Positions 1 through 13,500 of a stretch of DNA of 64,000 nucleotides are shown here, piece after piece (the first letter of the stretch is position 1; each line of letters starts with the position of its first letter). This DNA is from Squalus acanthias (lineage: Eukaryota), in contig JASTWF010000349.1 of the NCBI GenBank assembly GCA_030390025.1, positions 186,001-250,000 of the forward strand, written 5' to 3'. A model generated the notes under the pieces. That model made no database searches, was not told the DNA's origin, and was given only the letters and a program-made list of their open reading frames with translations. Made by a program: the position numbers and the translations under genes.

Positions 1-415
1 TTGTCGGGTCGGGTCGACTGGGCTGGTGTGCCGTTGTTGTGTCCGAAGCTGGTGCCTAGGTCGATGCCGGGTGATCCGTCCGGTTTTATTCTTATTATTG
101 TTTTTCATAGCAATTGTGTACAACTGAGCGGCTTGCTGGGCCATTTCAGAGGGTAGTTAAGAGTCAACCACATTGCTGTGGGTCTGGAGTCACATATAGG
201 CCAGACCGGGTAAGGACGGCAGATTTCCTTCCCTAAAGGACATTAGTGAACCAGATGGGTTTTTACGACAATCCGATAGTGTCATGGTCACCATTACTGA
301 TACTAGCTTTTTATTCCAGACTTATTTAATTAACTGAATTTAAATTCCCCAACTGCCGTGGTGGGATTTGAACTCACGTCTCTGGATCATTAGTCCAGTA
401 ACATAACCACTATGT
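1..415 (-). mobile_element. tRNA-headed retroposon 5' region (SINE-like, or head of a LINE)
   Basis: Minus strand starts with A-box-like TAGTGGTT and B-box-like GTTCAAATCC. The body is repeated in degraded form at about 3810-4030. Confidence 0.6.
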
Positions 416-427
416 TCCCGGCAATAT

Positions 428-1208
428 CCCCAAGATCCTATCTCTGATACACAAGAGCCACCCGAACTGTGCCCAGTATCCCCGAGACCCCATCTCTGAT
501 ACACAAGAACCACCTGAACTGTGCCCAGTATCCCCGAGACCCCATCTCTGATACACAAGAACCACCCGATCTGTGCCCAGTATCCCCCGAGACCCCATCT
601 CAGATACACAAGAACCACCTGAACTGTGCCCAGTATCCCCGAGACCCCATCTCTGATACACAAGAACCACCCGAACTGTGCCCAGTATCCCCGAGACCCC
701 ATCTCAGATACACAAGAACCACCCGATCTGTGCCCAGTATCCCCGAGACCCCATCTCTGATACACAAGAACCACCCGAACTGTGCCCAGTATCCCCGAGA
801 CCCCACCTCAGATACACAAGAACCACCTGAACTGTGCCCAGTATCCCCAAGACCCCACCTCTGATACACAAGAACCAGAGCTCACCCCGATCTGTGCCCA
901 GTATCCCCGAGACCCCACCTCTGATACACAAGAACCACCCGAACTGTGCCCAGTATCCCCGAGACCCCACCTCTGATACACAAGAACCAGAGCTCACCCC
1001 GATCTGTGCCCAGTATCCCCGAGACCCCACCTCTGATACACAAGAACCAGAGCTCACCCCGATCTGTGCCCAGTATCCCCGAGACCCCACCTCTGATACA
1101 CAAGAACCAGAGCTCACCCCGATCTGTGCCCAGTATCCCCGAGACCCCACCTCTGATACACAAGAACCAGAGCTCACACCGGTCTGTGCCCAGTATCCCC
1201 GAGACCCA
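428..1208. repeat. Minisatellite, 52-bp unit with a 60-bp variant (GAGACCCCACCTCTGATACACAAGAACCA...TGTGCCCAGTATCCCC)
   Basis: About 14 tandem units read directly; 961-1200 has 60-bp periodicity. Confidence 0.95.
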
Positions 1209-1359
1209 CATGTGGAGGAACCACTCTCCAGGATGCTGCAGGGTGTCCTGTTTCAATGGGTGGAGTGACCTATGGTGGAAAGCACAGGGGTCCTTCCCAA
1301 GCGAACACAGGTCAGGGCTACCTCAGACAAAACCATCGAGGCCTGTGTCCGAACGTTAC

Positions 1360-1535
1360 CTGTTCGCATGGTGCCACTGGAGAGCTCGCATTCCTCATCC
1401 CGGTTGTCAGAGATCAGATCTTTGGTGACTCGGATGAAGTCTTGTAAGGGACAGTGTTTGGTGCAGGACGGCAGATTGAGAAGGTGTGCCTCGGAATCAG
1501 TATTGTTCCTGAAGTACATGTCCAGCGTGAAGGAC
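1360..1535 (-). CDS. acp2: Acid phosphatase exon 10 ([10 protein letters not shown]...[13 protein letters not shown]...[12 protein letters not shown])
   Basis: CAG acceptor, GTAACG donor, 176 nt, phase 2-1; MYFRN and CxxxCPL motifs. Confidence 0.92.
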
Positions 1536-4500
1536 CTGCAGAAGCCACATGTATGCAGAATGAGTTCCATTCAGTGTGGGCCTGATAGAACCTGAATGAA
1601 AACACAATAATACATAGGAACAAATGCACCTTAAATGACAGGTGACAGTGGCTTGGCTGCCCGAGACACTTGCATTCCTCAGTACAGTACTGGCCCCTTG
1701 TAGATCCAGATCAGAAGTGCCCACCCGTTGGGACAGTGAGAAGTTCAAAAGGAGTGCGTTTTCAAATCCCTCCATGGCCTCGCCCCCTCCCTATCTCTCT
1801 AACCTCCTCCAGCCCTACAACCCTCCGAGATCTCTGCGCTCCTCCAATTCTGGCATCTTGCGTATCTCCGATTTTAATCACTCCACCACTGGCGGACGTG
1901 CCTTCAGCTGCCTAGGCCCTAAGCTCAGGAATTCCCTCCCTAAACCCCTCCACCTCTCCATCTCTCTCTCCTCCTTTAAGATGCTTCTTAAAACCTCCCT
2001 CACCTGTCCTAATATCTCACATGGCTCGGGGTCAAATTTTGTTTCATAACGCTCCTGAGAAGCGCCTTGGGACGTTTTACTATGTTAAAGGCGCTATATA
2101 AATACAAGTTTCAATCTAGGAATCAGCTTCATTGTGTGCCTGTGATTAGTGGCCAGCACACTGAATACACAGATTCAGGGAGTGAGACACACTGTGGGCA
2201 AGCCCTGGGATCCCAATCCATTGTAGCTGTGGATCAGGATGTCCCAGCTGGCATCACTCCTGGGAGCGGGAACTAGGACATGACAAAAGGCACTGGCTCA
2301 AAAGGATAGGCAGGTATAGATTATTATATTCAATAAGCATTATATAAAGGAAGAAAGAAGATTTGCATTCATATAGCGCCTTTGATGATCACAGGATGTT
2401 CCAAAGCGCTTTGCAGCCAATCATTTTACAGGGATCTTATACGTCCACCCGAATGGGCAGACAGGGCCGTGGTTTAACGTCTCATCCGAAAGACGGTACC
2501 TCAGACAGTGCAGCACTCCCTCAGTACTGCCCCCCCAACAGTGCAGCACTCCCTCAGTACTGCCCCTCCGACAGTGCAGCACTCCCTCAGTACTGCCCCT
2601 CCGACAGTGCAGCACTCCCTCAGTACTGCCCCTCCGACAGTGCAGTGCTCCCTCAGTACTGCCCCTTCGACAGTGCTGCGCTCCCTCAGTACTGCCCCTC
2701 CGAAAGTGCAGTGCTCCCTCAGTACTGCCCCTCCGACAGTGCAGCGCTCCCTCAGTACTGCCCCTCCGACAGTGCAGTGCTCCCTCAGTACTGCCCCTCC
2801 GACAGTGCAGTGCTCCCTCAGTACTGCCCCTCCGACAGTGCAGCACTCCCTCAGTACTGCCCCTCCGACAGTGCAGCGCTCCCTCAGTACTGCCCCTCTG
2901 ACAGTGCAGCGCTCCCTCAGTACTGCCCCTCTGACAGTGCAGCGCTCCCTCCGTACTGCCCCTCGGACAGTGCAGCGCTCCCTCAGTACTGCCCCTCCGA
3001 CAGTGCAGCGCTCCCTCAGTACTGCCCCTCCGACAGTGCAGCGCTCCCTCAGTACAGCCCCTCCGACAGTGCAGCACTCCCAGTACTGCCCCTCCGACAG
3101 TGCAGCACTCCCTCAGTACTGCCCCTCCGACAGTGCAGCACTCCCTCAGTACTGTCGCTCTGACAGTGCAGCACTCCCTCAGTACTGTCGCTCTGACAGT
3201 GCAGCACTCTCTCAGTACTGCCCCTCCGACAGTGCAGCACTCCCTCAGTACTGCCCCTCCGACAGTGCAGCACTCTCTCAGTACTGCCTCTCCGACAGTG
3301 CAGCGCTCCCTCAGTACTGCCCCTCCGACAGTGCAGCACTCTCTCAGTACTGCCTCTCCGACAGTGCAGCGCTCCCTCAGTACTGCCCCTCCGACAGTGC
3401 AGCACTCCCTCAGTTCTGCACTGGAGTGTCAATCTAGATTTTGTGCTCAAGTCGCTGGAGTGGATAGAATTATATAATGGCCCAGAATTTGCGGTGGGCA
3501 ATAACGGTGAACTAACAGTGTTCGCTGTTATTACCCCTTTGAAACAGAGCGCAACTTCAGGATGTAGCGTATGTACATCTAAACGTGGAAATGCTGAAGT
3601 TGCGGACATTCACTGCTCCGACACTGACTGGGATGTGGACCCAGCCAATAGTCAGCAATCAGTGTAATCAGGGAAATCAGTGAAACTGACAAAAACTTGG
3701 GCTTTTCCACAGTAATATCGCTGTTAAATACCCCATTAAAAGTTAGGCCTTATTGGATTAGGTGTAACTGGGGTTTTTGTGGTTTGATTAAACTTAGTGT
3801 CTTGCTAATCCACTTCAGAGGGCAGTTGGGAGGCAAACACATTGGGACTGGAGTCACATATAGGTCAGACCAGGTAAGGTCGGCAGGTTTCCTTCCCTAA
3901 AGGACATTAGTGAACCAGATGGGTTTTTACGACAATAAGACAGCTTCATGGTCACTTTTACTGATACCAAGTCACCAATGTTGAATTTCAGCTCCTGTTC
4001 TCTGGCTTACTAGTCCAGGCCTCTGGACAGCTGGTGGGACATTAAAGCATAATGAGGTGGAAGGTTTTTGATGTCCCTTGCAAGACTCCAGCCCAGTGCT
4101 GGACAACTGGTGGAAGCTGCACAAAACGGACACCGTCACCGGAGGGCACTGGCTACAGACACCGTCACCGGGGGGTCAGGGCGCTGGCTACAGACACCGT
4201 CACCGGGGGGGGGGGGGGAGGAGGTACAGACATCGTCACCAGGGTGTCAGGGCGCTGGCTACAGACACCGTCACTAGGGGGTCAGGGCGCTGGCTACAGA
4301 CACCATCACTGGAGGGTCAGGGCGCTGGCTACAGACACCGTCACTGGAGGGTCAGGGCGCTGGCTACAGACACCGTCACTGGGGTGGGGTCAGGGCGCTG
4401 GCTACAGACACCGTCACTGGGGGGTCAGGGCGCTGGCTACAGACGCCGTCACTGGGGTGGGGTCAGGGCGCTGGCTACAGACACCATCACTGGGGGGTCG

Positions 4501-7500
4501 GGGGCGCTGGCTACAGACACCATCACCAGGGGGGGCGGGGGGAGGTGCAGATACCGTCACCGGGGGCGGGTGGGAGGAGGGGTACAGACTAAAGAGTTGG
4601 TGCAGGAGGGAGAGCTTTAGTTTCCTGGATCACTGGGTCTGCTTCTGGGGAAGGTGGGACCTGTACAAGTCGGACGGGTTGCACCTGAACCGGAACGGGA
4701 CCAACATCCTTGCGGGGAGGTTTGCTAGTACTGTTGTGGGGGGTTTAAACTAACTTGGCAGGGGGATGGGATATGGAGTGGAGCTATAGTAGGGGGTGAT
4801 TCACAGCCAAATATAGAGGAAAAAACAAGTCAGCCTGAAAGGCAGAGCAAATATGTAACGGCACAAGGGAGTATGGCAAGGCTGGATGGCATTTATTTTA
4901 ATGCAAGGAGTCTTGCGAGTAAGGCAGATGAATTGAAGGTGTTGATGAACACATGGGAGTATAATATTGTTGCTATCACAGAGACATGTTTGAGGGAGGG
5001 GCAGGACTGGCAGCTCAATATTTCGGGGTATAGAGTCTTCGGGCGAGACAGAGAGGGGTATAAAAGAGGAGGGGGATGTCGCAATATTAATCAAGGAGTA
5101 AATTACTGCTGTAAGGAGGGATGATATCTTAGCAGGTTCCTCTAATGAGGCCATATGGGTAGAACTTAAAAACAAAAAGGGGGCAAGCACTTTGCTGGGA
5201 GTGTACTATAGGCCCCCAAACAGTCAGGGGGAGATAGAAGAACAGATATGTAGGCAAATCTCAGAGAAGTGTAGAAATAATAGGGTAATAATAGTAGGGG
5301 ATTTCAACTTGCCCAATATTAACTGGGATAGTCAGAGTGTGAAAGGCTTAGAGGGTGCAGAATTCTTAAAGTGCATCCAGGAGAGCTTTTTGAGCCAGCA
5401 TGTAGAAAGTCCTACAAGAGAGGGGACCTAATTCTAGGGAATGTAGCCGGGCAAGTGGTAGAAGTGTTAGTAGGAGAGCATTTTGGTGACAGTGACTATA
5501 ATTCGTTGAGATTTAAGGTAGTTATGGAAAAGGACAAAGATGGACCGGAAATAAAGGTTCTAAATTGGGGGAAGGCTGATTTTAATATGATAAGGCAGGA
5601 TCTGGCCAAAGTGGACTGGGATCAGCTACTTGTAGGAAAATCCACATCAAAGCAGTGGGACTCTTTCAGAAAGGAAATAGGGAGAGTACAACGGCAACAT
5701 GTTCCCGTAAAGGTCAAGGGTGGGACCAACAAGCCCAGGGAACCCTGGATGTCAAGGGATATATGAGAATGGATTAGGAAAAAAATGGAGGCTTTTGGCA
5801 GATACAAAGGACTAAAAACAGTGGAAGTCCTAGAGGAGTATAGAAAGTGCAGGGGGGTACTTAAGAAAGAAATTAGGAGAGCGAAGAGGGGGCATGAAAA
5901 AACACTGGCGGGCAAAATAAAGGAAAATCCCAAGGTGTTCTATAAGTATATTAAGGGCAAGAGGATAACCAGGGAAAGAGTAGGGCCCATTAGGGGCCAA
6001 AGTGGCAATCTGTGTGTAGAGCCAGAAGATGTAGGTGAGGTTTTAAGTGAATATTTTGCATCTGTGTTCACTATGGAGAAGGACGATGTAGGCACAGAAA
6101 TCAGGCAGGGGGATTGTGATATACTTGAAAAAATTAGTATTGAGAGGGAGGAGGTACTAGCGGTTTTAGCAGGCTTAAAAGTGGATAAATCCCCAGGCCC
6201 AGACGAGATCTATCCCAGGCTGCTGTGTGAGGCAAGGGAGGAGATTGCAGGGGCTCTGACACAAATTTTCAGAACCTCTCTGGCCACAGGGGAGGTGCCA
6301 GAGGACTGGAGAACAGCTAACGTAGTACCATTATTCAAGAAGGGTAGTAGGGATAAACCAGGGAATTACAGGCCAGTGAGCCTAACATCAGTGGTAGGGA
6401 AATTATTGGAAAAAATTCTGAGGGACAGAATTAGTCTCCACTTGGACAGGCAAGGATTAATCAAGGATAGTCAGCATGGCTTTGTCAGGGGGAGATCATG
6501 TCTGACCAATTTGATTGAATTTTTCGAGGGGGTGACTAGGTGTGTGGATGAGGGTAGTGCAGTTGATGTGATCTACATGGACTTCAGTAAGGCTTTTGAC
6601 AAAGTCCTGCATGGGAGACTGGTCAAGAAGGTAAGAGCCCATGGGATCCAGGGCAACTTGGCACATTGGATCCAAAATTGGCTTAGTGGCAGGAGGCAGA
6701 GGGTGATGGTCGAAGGTTGTTTTTGTGACTGGAAGCCTGTGTCCAGTGGTGTACTGCAGGGATCGGTGCTGGGTCCTTTGCTGTTTGCAGTGTACATTAA
6801 TGATTTAGATATGAATGTAGGAGGTATGATCAGTAAGTTCGCAGATGACACGAAAATTGGTAGGGTGGTAAATAGCGAGGAGGGAAGCCTCAGGCTACAG
6901 GACGATATAGACGGGTTGGTCAGATGGGCAGAACAGTGGCAAATGGAATTTAACCCTGAAAAGTGTGAGGTGATGTATTTTGGGAGGACTAACAAGGCAA
7001 GGGAATACACAATGAATGGTAGGACCCTAGAAAGGACAGAGGATCAGAGGGACCTTGGTATGCATGTATATAGATCCCTGAAGGCAGCAGGACAGGTAGA
7101 TAAGGTGGTTAAAAAGGCATATGGGATACTTATATTCTATGCCTCGGCTAATGAAGGCAAGAGCAGGGAGGTTATGATAGAGCTGTACAAAATGCTAGTT
7201 AGGCCACAGCTGGAATACTGTGTGCAGTTCTGGTCGCCACACTATAGGAAGGATGTGATTGCATTGGAGAGGGTGCAGAGGAGATTCACCAGGATGTTAC
7301 CTGGGCTCCAGCGCTTCAGCTATGAAGAGAGACTGGACAGGCTGGGGTTGTTTTCCTTAGAGCAGAGAAGGCTGAGGGGGGACCTGATTGAGGTGTACAA
7401 AATTATGAAGGGCATAGATAGGGGAGATAGAAAGGAACTTTTCCCCTTAGTAGAGGGGTCAATAACCAGGGGGCATAGTTTCAAGGTAAGGGGTAGGAGG

Positions 7501-10500
7501 TTTAGAGGGGATTTGAGGAAAAACTTTTTCACCCAGAGGGTGGTTGGAATCTGGAACTCACTGCCTGAAAGGGTGGTGGAGGCAGGAACCCTCACAACAT
7601 TCAAGAAGCATTTAGATGAGCACTTGAAACGCCATAGCATACAAGGCTACGGACCAAGTGCTGGAAAATGGGATTAGAATAGACAGGGCTTGATGGCCGG
7701 CGCGGACACGATGGGCCGAAGGGCCTCTTTCTGTGCTGCAAAACTCTATGACTCTATGACACCGTCACCGGGGGGGGGGGGGGGGGGGGGGTACAGATAC
7801 CGTCACCGGGGGTGTTACAAACACCGATCGCGATGACACAGAAAGCATGAGTGAGCTTGCAAAATGATCAGAAGACATGCAGGAGCCACGAATGGATAAA
7901 GGGATTGGTGGCCTGAGTGTGGCAGCAATCTGCCCCGAGCCAAGTGGCTGAGTAAGGGTGAGCAGGACGAAAAGGGGTGAAGGGGAGCCAGCAGAGTGTG
8001 CGTTTCAAACAGAGCACCATGACTTACCCATCATCCTCTTGGTACAGCTCAAACATGTGACAGGAAGCGTATGGAGGAATTATGCCGCTGTACACGTTCA
8101 GTGCTCTCTGTAGAGCCACAAGCGTTATATCGTGCTGTGGAAAGAATGCAAATTTTTAAGCGGGTTAGAATTAGTCTCCAAATCCCGAGACAGTGCAGCA
8201 TTCCCTCAGTACTGCCTCTCCGACAGTGCAGTGCTCCCTCAGTACTGCCCCTCCGACAGTGCAGCGCTCCCTCAGTACTGCCCCTCCGACAGTGCAGCGC
8301 TCCCTCAGTACTGCCCCTCCGACAGTGCAGCGCTCCCTCAGTACTGCCCCTCCGACAGTGCAGCCCTCCCTCATTACTGCCCCTCCGACAGTGCAGCGTT
8401 CCGTCAGTACTGCCCCTCTGACAGTACAGCGCTCCCTCAGTACTACCCCTTCCGACAGTGCAGCGCTCCCTCAGTACTGCCCCTCAGATAGTGCAATGCT
8501 CCCTCAGTACTGCCCCTCCGACAGTGCAGCGCTCCCTCAGTACTGCCCCTCCGACAGTGCAGCGCTCCCTCAGTACTGCCCCTCCGACAGCGCAGCGCTC
8601 CCTCAATACTGCCCCTCTGACAGTACAGCACTCCCTCAGTACTGTCCCTCCGACAGTGCAGCGCTCCCTCAGTACTGCCCCTCTGACAGTGCAGCACTCC
8701 CTCAGTACTGATCCTCCGAAAGTGCAGCACTCACTCAGTACTGCCCCTCTGACAGTGCAGCACTCCCTCACTCCGCTGGGTATCTGTATCATACATTGGG
8801 AAGGACAGGAAAGGAATTTAAAGCACCCGCTCCCCAAATCAACCACACTCCCTGCTTACATCTTTCTTTGCCCTGTAATGGTCTTGTCACCGCGTGCTCC
8901 CGCAGATGTGAGCAGGGAGCCTGCTACAATGCAAATGTGTAACATAGCTTTAAGAAGGTAACAGGAGGTGAATGCTGTGTGACAATGAGTGAACCGTCCC
9001 CATCACTCAGCTGCTAAGTGCAGCACAAGTAGGCCACAGGTTGCTTCTGAGACTCCTGATCAGGTGCAAATTTTGAAGAAATACTGCATCCACATGCTGC
9101 AAGAAACCTGCAAGGCAGGGACAAGCAGCATGACTTGCAGATTGAGGATCGTTGAGGGGGTATTTAACACCGTCGATCGCGGTGTATTTAACACCGTCGA
9201 TTGTGGTGTATTTAATTCTGTCGATCGTGGTGTATTTAATACCGTCGATCATGGTGTATTTAATACCGTCGATTGGAATTGATTTAATACCGTCAATCGT
9301 GGTGTATTTAATATTGTCGATCGTGGTGTATTTAATAGCGTCGATCGTGGTGTATTTAATACCGTCGATCGTGGTGTATTTAATACCGTCGATTGGAATG
9401 TATTTAATACCGTCGATCGTGGTGAATTTAATACCGTCGATCGGGGTGTATTTAATACCGTCGATTGTGGTGTATTTAATACAGTCGATCGTGGTGTATT
9501 TAATACCGTCGATCGTGATGTATTTAATACCGTCGATCGTGGTGTATTTAATACCGTCGATCGTGGGGTATTTAATACTGTCGATCGTGGTGTATTTAAT
9601 ACCGTCGATCGCGGTGTATTTAATACCGTCGATCGCGGTGTATTTAATACCGTCGATTGCGGTGTATGTAATACCGTCGATCGCGGTGTATGTAATACCG
9701 TCGATCGCGGTGTATTTAATACCGTCGATCGCGGGTTATTTAATACCGCCGATCGCGGGGTATTTAATACCGTCGATCGTGGGGTATTGAATACCGTCGA
9801 TCGTGGGGTATTGAATACCGTCGATCGTGGTGTATTTAATACCGTCGATCGTGGTGTATTTAATACCGTCGATCGTGGTGTATTTAATACCATCGATCGT
9901 GGTGTATTTAATACCGTCGATCGCAGTGTATTTAATACTGTCGATCGTGGGGTATTTAATATTGTTGATCGTGGTGTATTGAATACCTTCGATCGTGGTG
10001 TATTTAATATTGTCGATCGTGGTGTATTTAATAGCGTCGATCGTGGTGTATTTAATACTGTCGATCGTGGTGTATTAAATACTGTCGATCGTGGGGTATT
10101 TAATACCGTCGATCGTGGTGTATTGAATACCGTCGATTGTGGGGTATTTAATATTGTCGATCGTGGTGTATTTAATAGCGTCGATCGTGGTGTATTTAAT
10201 ACTGTCGATCGTGGTGTATTAAATACTGTCGATCGTGGGGTATTTAATACCGTCGATCGTGGTGTATTGAATACAGTCGATCGTGGTGTATTTAATACTG
10301 TCGATCGTGGTGTAATTAATACCGTCGATCATGGTGTATTTAATACTGTCGATCCGGGTGTAATTAATACCGTCGACCGTGGTGTAATTAATACCGTCGA
10401 TAGTGGGGTATTTATTACTGTCGATCGCGGTGTATTTAATACCGTCGATCGTGGTGTATTTAATACTGGCGACCGTGGTGTATTTAATACTGTCGATCGT

Positions 10501-13500
10501 AATGTATTTAATACCGTCGATCGTGGTGGAATTAAAACAGCGATCGTGGGCTATTTGTTAATATGAATCGCGGTGTATTAAATACCATCGATCGTGGTGT
10601 ATTTAATACTGTCGATCGTGGTGTATTTAATACTGTCGATCGTGGGGTATTTAATACCGTCGATCGTGGTGCATTTAACATTGTCGATTGTGGTGTATTT
10701 AATACCGTCGATCGTGGTGTATTTAATACTGTCGATCGTGGGGTATTAAATACCGTCGATCGTGGGGTATTTAATACCGTCGATCGTGGTGTATTTAATA
10801 CTGTCGGTCGTGATGTATTTAATACTGTCGATCGTGGGGTATTTAATACCGTCGATCTTGGTGTATTTAATGCCGTCGATCGTGGTGTATTTAATACTGT
10901 CGATCGCGGTGTATTTAATACTGTCGATCGTGGTGTATTAAATACTGTCGATCGTGGTGTATTTAATACTGTCGATCGCGGTGTGTTGAATACTGTCGAT
11001 CGTGGTGTATTTAATACCGTCGATCGTGGTGTATTTATTACTGTCGATCGCGGTGTATTTAATACCATCGATCGCTGTGTGTTGAATACTGTCGATCGTG
11101 GTGTATTTAATACCGTCGATCGTGGTGTATTTAATACCGTCGATCGTGGGGTATTTAATACCATCGATCGCTGTGTGTTGAATACTGTCGATCGTGGTGT
11201 ATTTAATACCGTCGATCGTGGTGTATTTAATACCGTCGATCGTGGGGTATTTAACACCGTCGATCGTGGTGTATTTAATACCGTCGATCGTGGTGTATTT
11301 AATACCGTCGATCGTGATGTATTTAATACCGTCGATCGTGGTGTATTTAATACCGTCGATCGTGGTGTATTTAATACCGTCGATCGTGGTGTAATTAATA
11401 TTGTCGATCGAGGTGTAATTAATACCGTCGATCGTGGGGTATTTATTACCGTCGATCGCGGTGTATTTAATATTGTCGATCGTGGTGTATTTAATACCGT
11501 CAATCGCGGTGTATTTAATATTGTCGATCGTGGTGTATTTAATACCGTCGATCGTGGTGTATTTAATACTGTCGATCATGGTGTATTTAATACCGTCGAT
11601 CCTGGTGTATTTAATACCGTCGATCGTGGTGTATTTAATACCGTCGATCGTGGTGTGTTTAATACCGTCGATCGTGGTGTATTTAATACCGTCGATCGTG
11701 GTGTATTTAATACTGGCGACCGTGGTGTATTTAATACCGTCGATCGTAATGTATTTAATACCGTCGATCGTGGTGGAATTAAAACAGCGATCGTGGGCTA
11801 TTTGTTACTATGAATCGCGGTGTATTAAATACCATCGATCGTGGTGTATTTAATACCGTCGATCCAGGTGTAATTAATACCGTCGATCCTGGTGTAATTA
11901 ATACCGTCGATCGTGGTGTAATTAATACCGTCGATCGTGGTGTAATTGATACCGTCGATCCTGGTGCAATTAATACCGTCGATCCTGGTGTAATTAATAC
12001 CGTCGATCCTGGTGTAATTAATACCGTCGATCGTGGTGTAATTAATGCCGTAGATCCTGGTGTAATTAATACCGTCGATCCTGGTGTAATTAATACCGTC
12101 GATCGTGGTGTAATTAATACCGTCGATCGTGGTGTAATTAATACCACGATCGTGGGGTATTTATTACTGTCGATCGCGGTGTATTTAATATTGTCGATCG
12201 TGGTGTATTTAATACCGTCGATCGTGGTGTATTTAATACTGTCGATCGTGGGGTATTTAATACCGTCGATCGTGGGGTATTTAATACCGTCGATCATGGG
12301 GTATTTAATACCGTCGATCTTGGTGTATTTAATACCGTCGATCGTGGTGTATTTAATACTGTCGATCGCTGTGTATTTAATACTGTCGATCGTGGTGTAT
12401 TAAATACTGTCGATCGTGGTGTATTTAATACTGTCGATCGCTGTGTGTTGAATACTGTCGATCGTGGTGTATTTAATACCGTCGATCGTGGTGTATTTAA
12501 TACCGTCGATCGTGGTGTATTAAAAATTGTCGATCGTGGTGTAATTAATACCGTCGATCGTGGGGTATTTATTACCGTCGATCGCGGTGTATTTAATACT
12601 GTCGATCGGGTTGTATTTAATACTGTCGATCGGGGTGTATTTAATACCGTCGATCGGGGTGTATTTAATACCGTCGATCGTGGGGTATTTAATACTGTCG
12701 ATCGTGGTGTATTTAATACTGTCGATCGTGGGGTATTTAATATTGTCGATCGTGGTGTATTGAATACCGCCGATCGTGGTGTATTTAATACTGTCGATCG
12801 TGGTGTATTTAATACCGTCGATCGTGGTGTATTTAAAATTGTCGATCGTGGTGTATTTAATACCGTCGATCATGGTGTATTTAATACCGTCGAACGCGGT
12901 GTATTTAATACTGTCGATCGTGGTGTATTAAATACGGTCGATCGTGGTGTATTAAATACTGTCGATTGTGGTGTATTAAATACTGTCGATCGTGGTGTAT
13001 TTAATGCTGTCGATCGCGGTGTGTTGAATACTGTCGATCGTGTTGTATTGAATACCGTCGATCATGGTGTATTGAATACCGTCGATTGCGGTGTATTTAA
13101 TACTGTCGATCGTGGTGTATTTAATACTGTCGATCGTGGGGTGTTTAATACCGTCGAACGCGGTGTATTTAATACTGTCGATCGTGGTGTATTAAATACT
13201 GTCGATCGTGGTGTATTAAATACTGTCGATCGTGGTGTATTTAATGCTGTCGATCGCGGTGTGTTGAATACTGTCGATCGTGTTGTATTGAATACCGTCG
13301 ATCATGGTGTATTGAATACCGTCGATTGCGGTGTATTTAATACTGTCGATCGTGGTGTATTTAATACTGTCGATCGTGGGGTGTTTAATACCGTCGATCG
13401 TGGGTTATTTAATACCTTCGATCGTGGTGTATTTAATACCGTCGATCGTGGGGTATTTAATATTGTCGATCGTGGTGTATTGAATACTGTCGATCGTGGT

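Noticed and set aside
2363..3609. [11 protein letters not shown] / [11 protein letters not shown] repeat proteins (also 8071-8961)
   Set aside because: 33-bp minisatellite derived from SINE sequence; open in multiple frames
5785..7677. Active or domesticated reverse transcriptase genes (also 28308-30506)
   Set aside because: Upstream endonuclease regions are frameshifted and the elements are 5'-truncated; these are ordinary young CR1 copies
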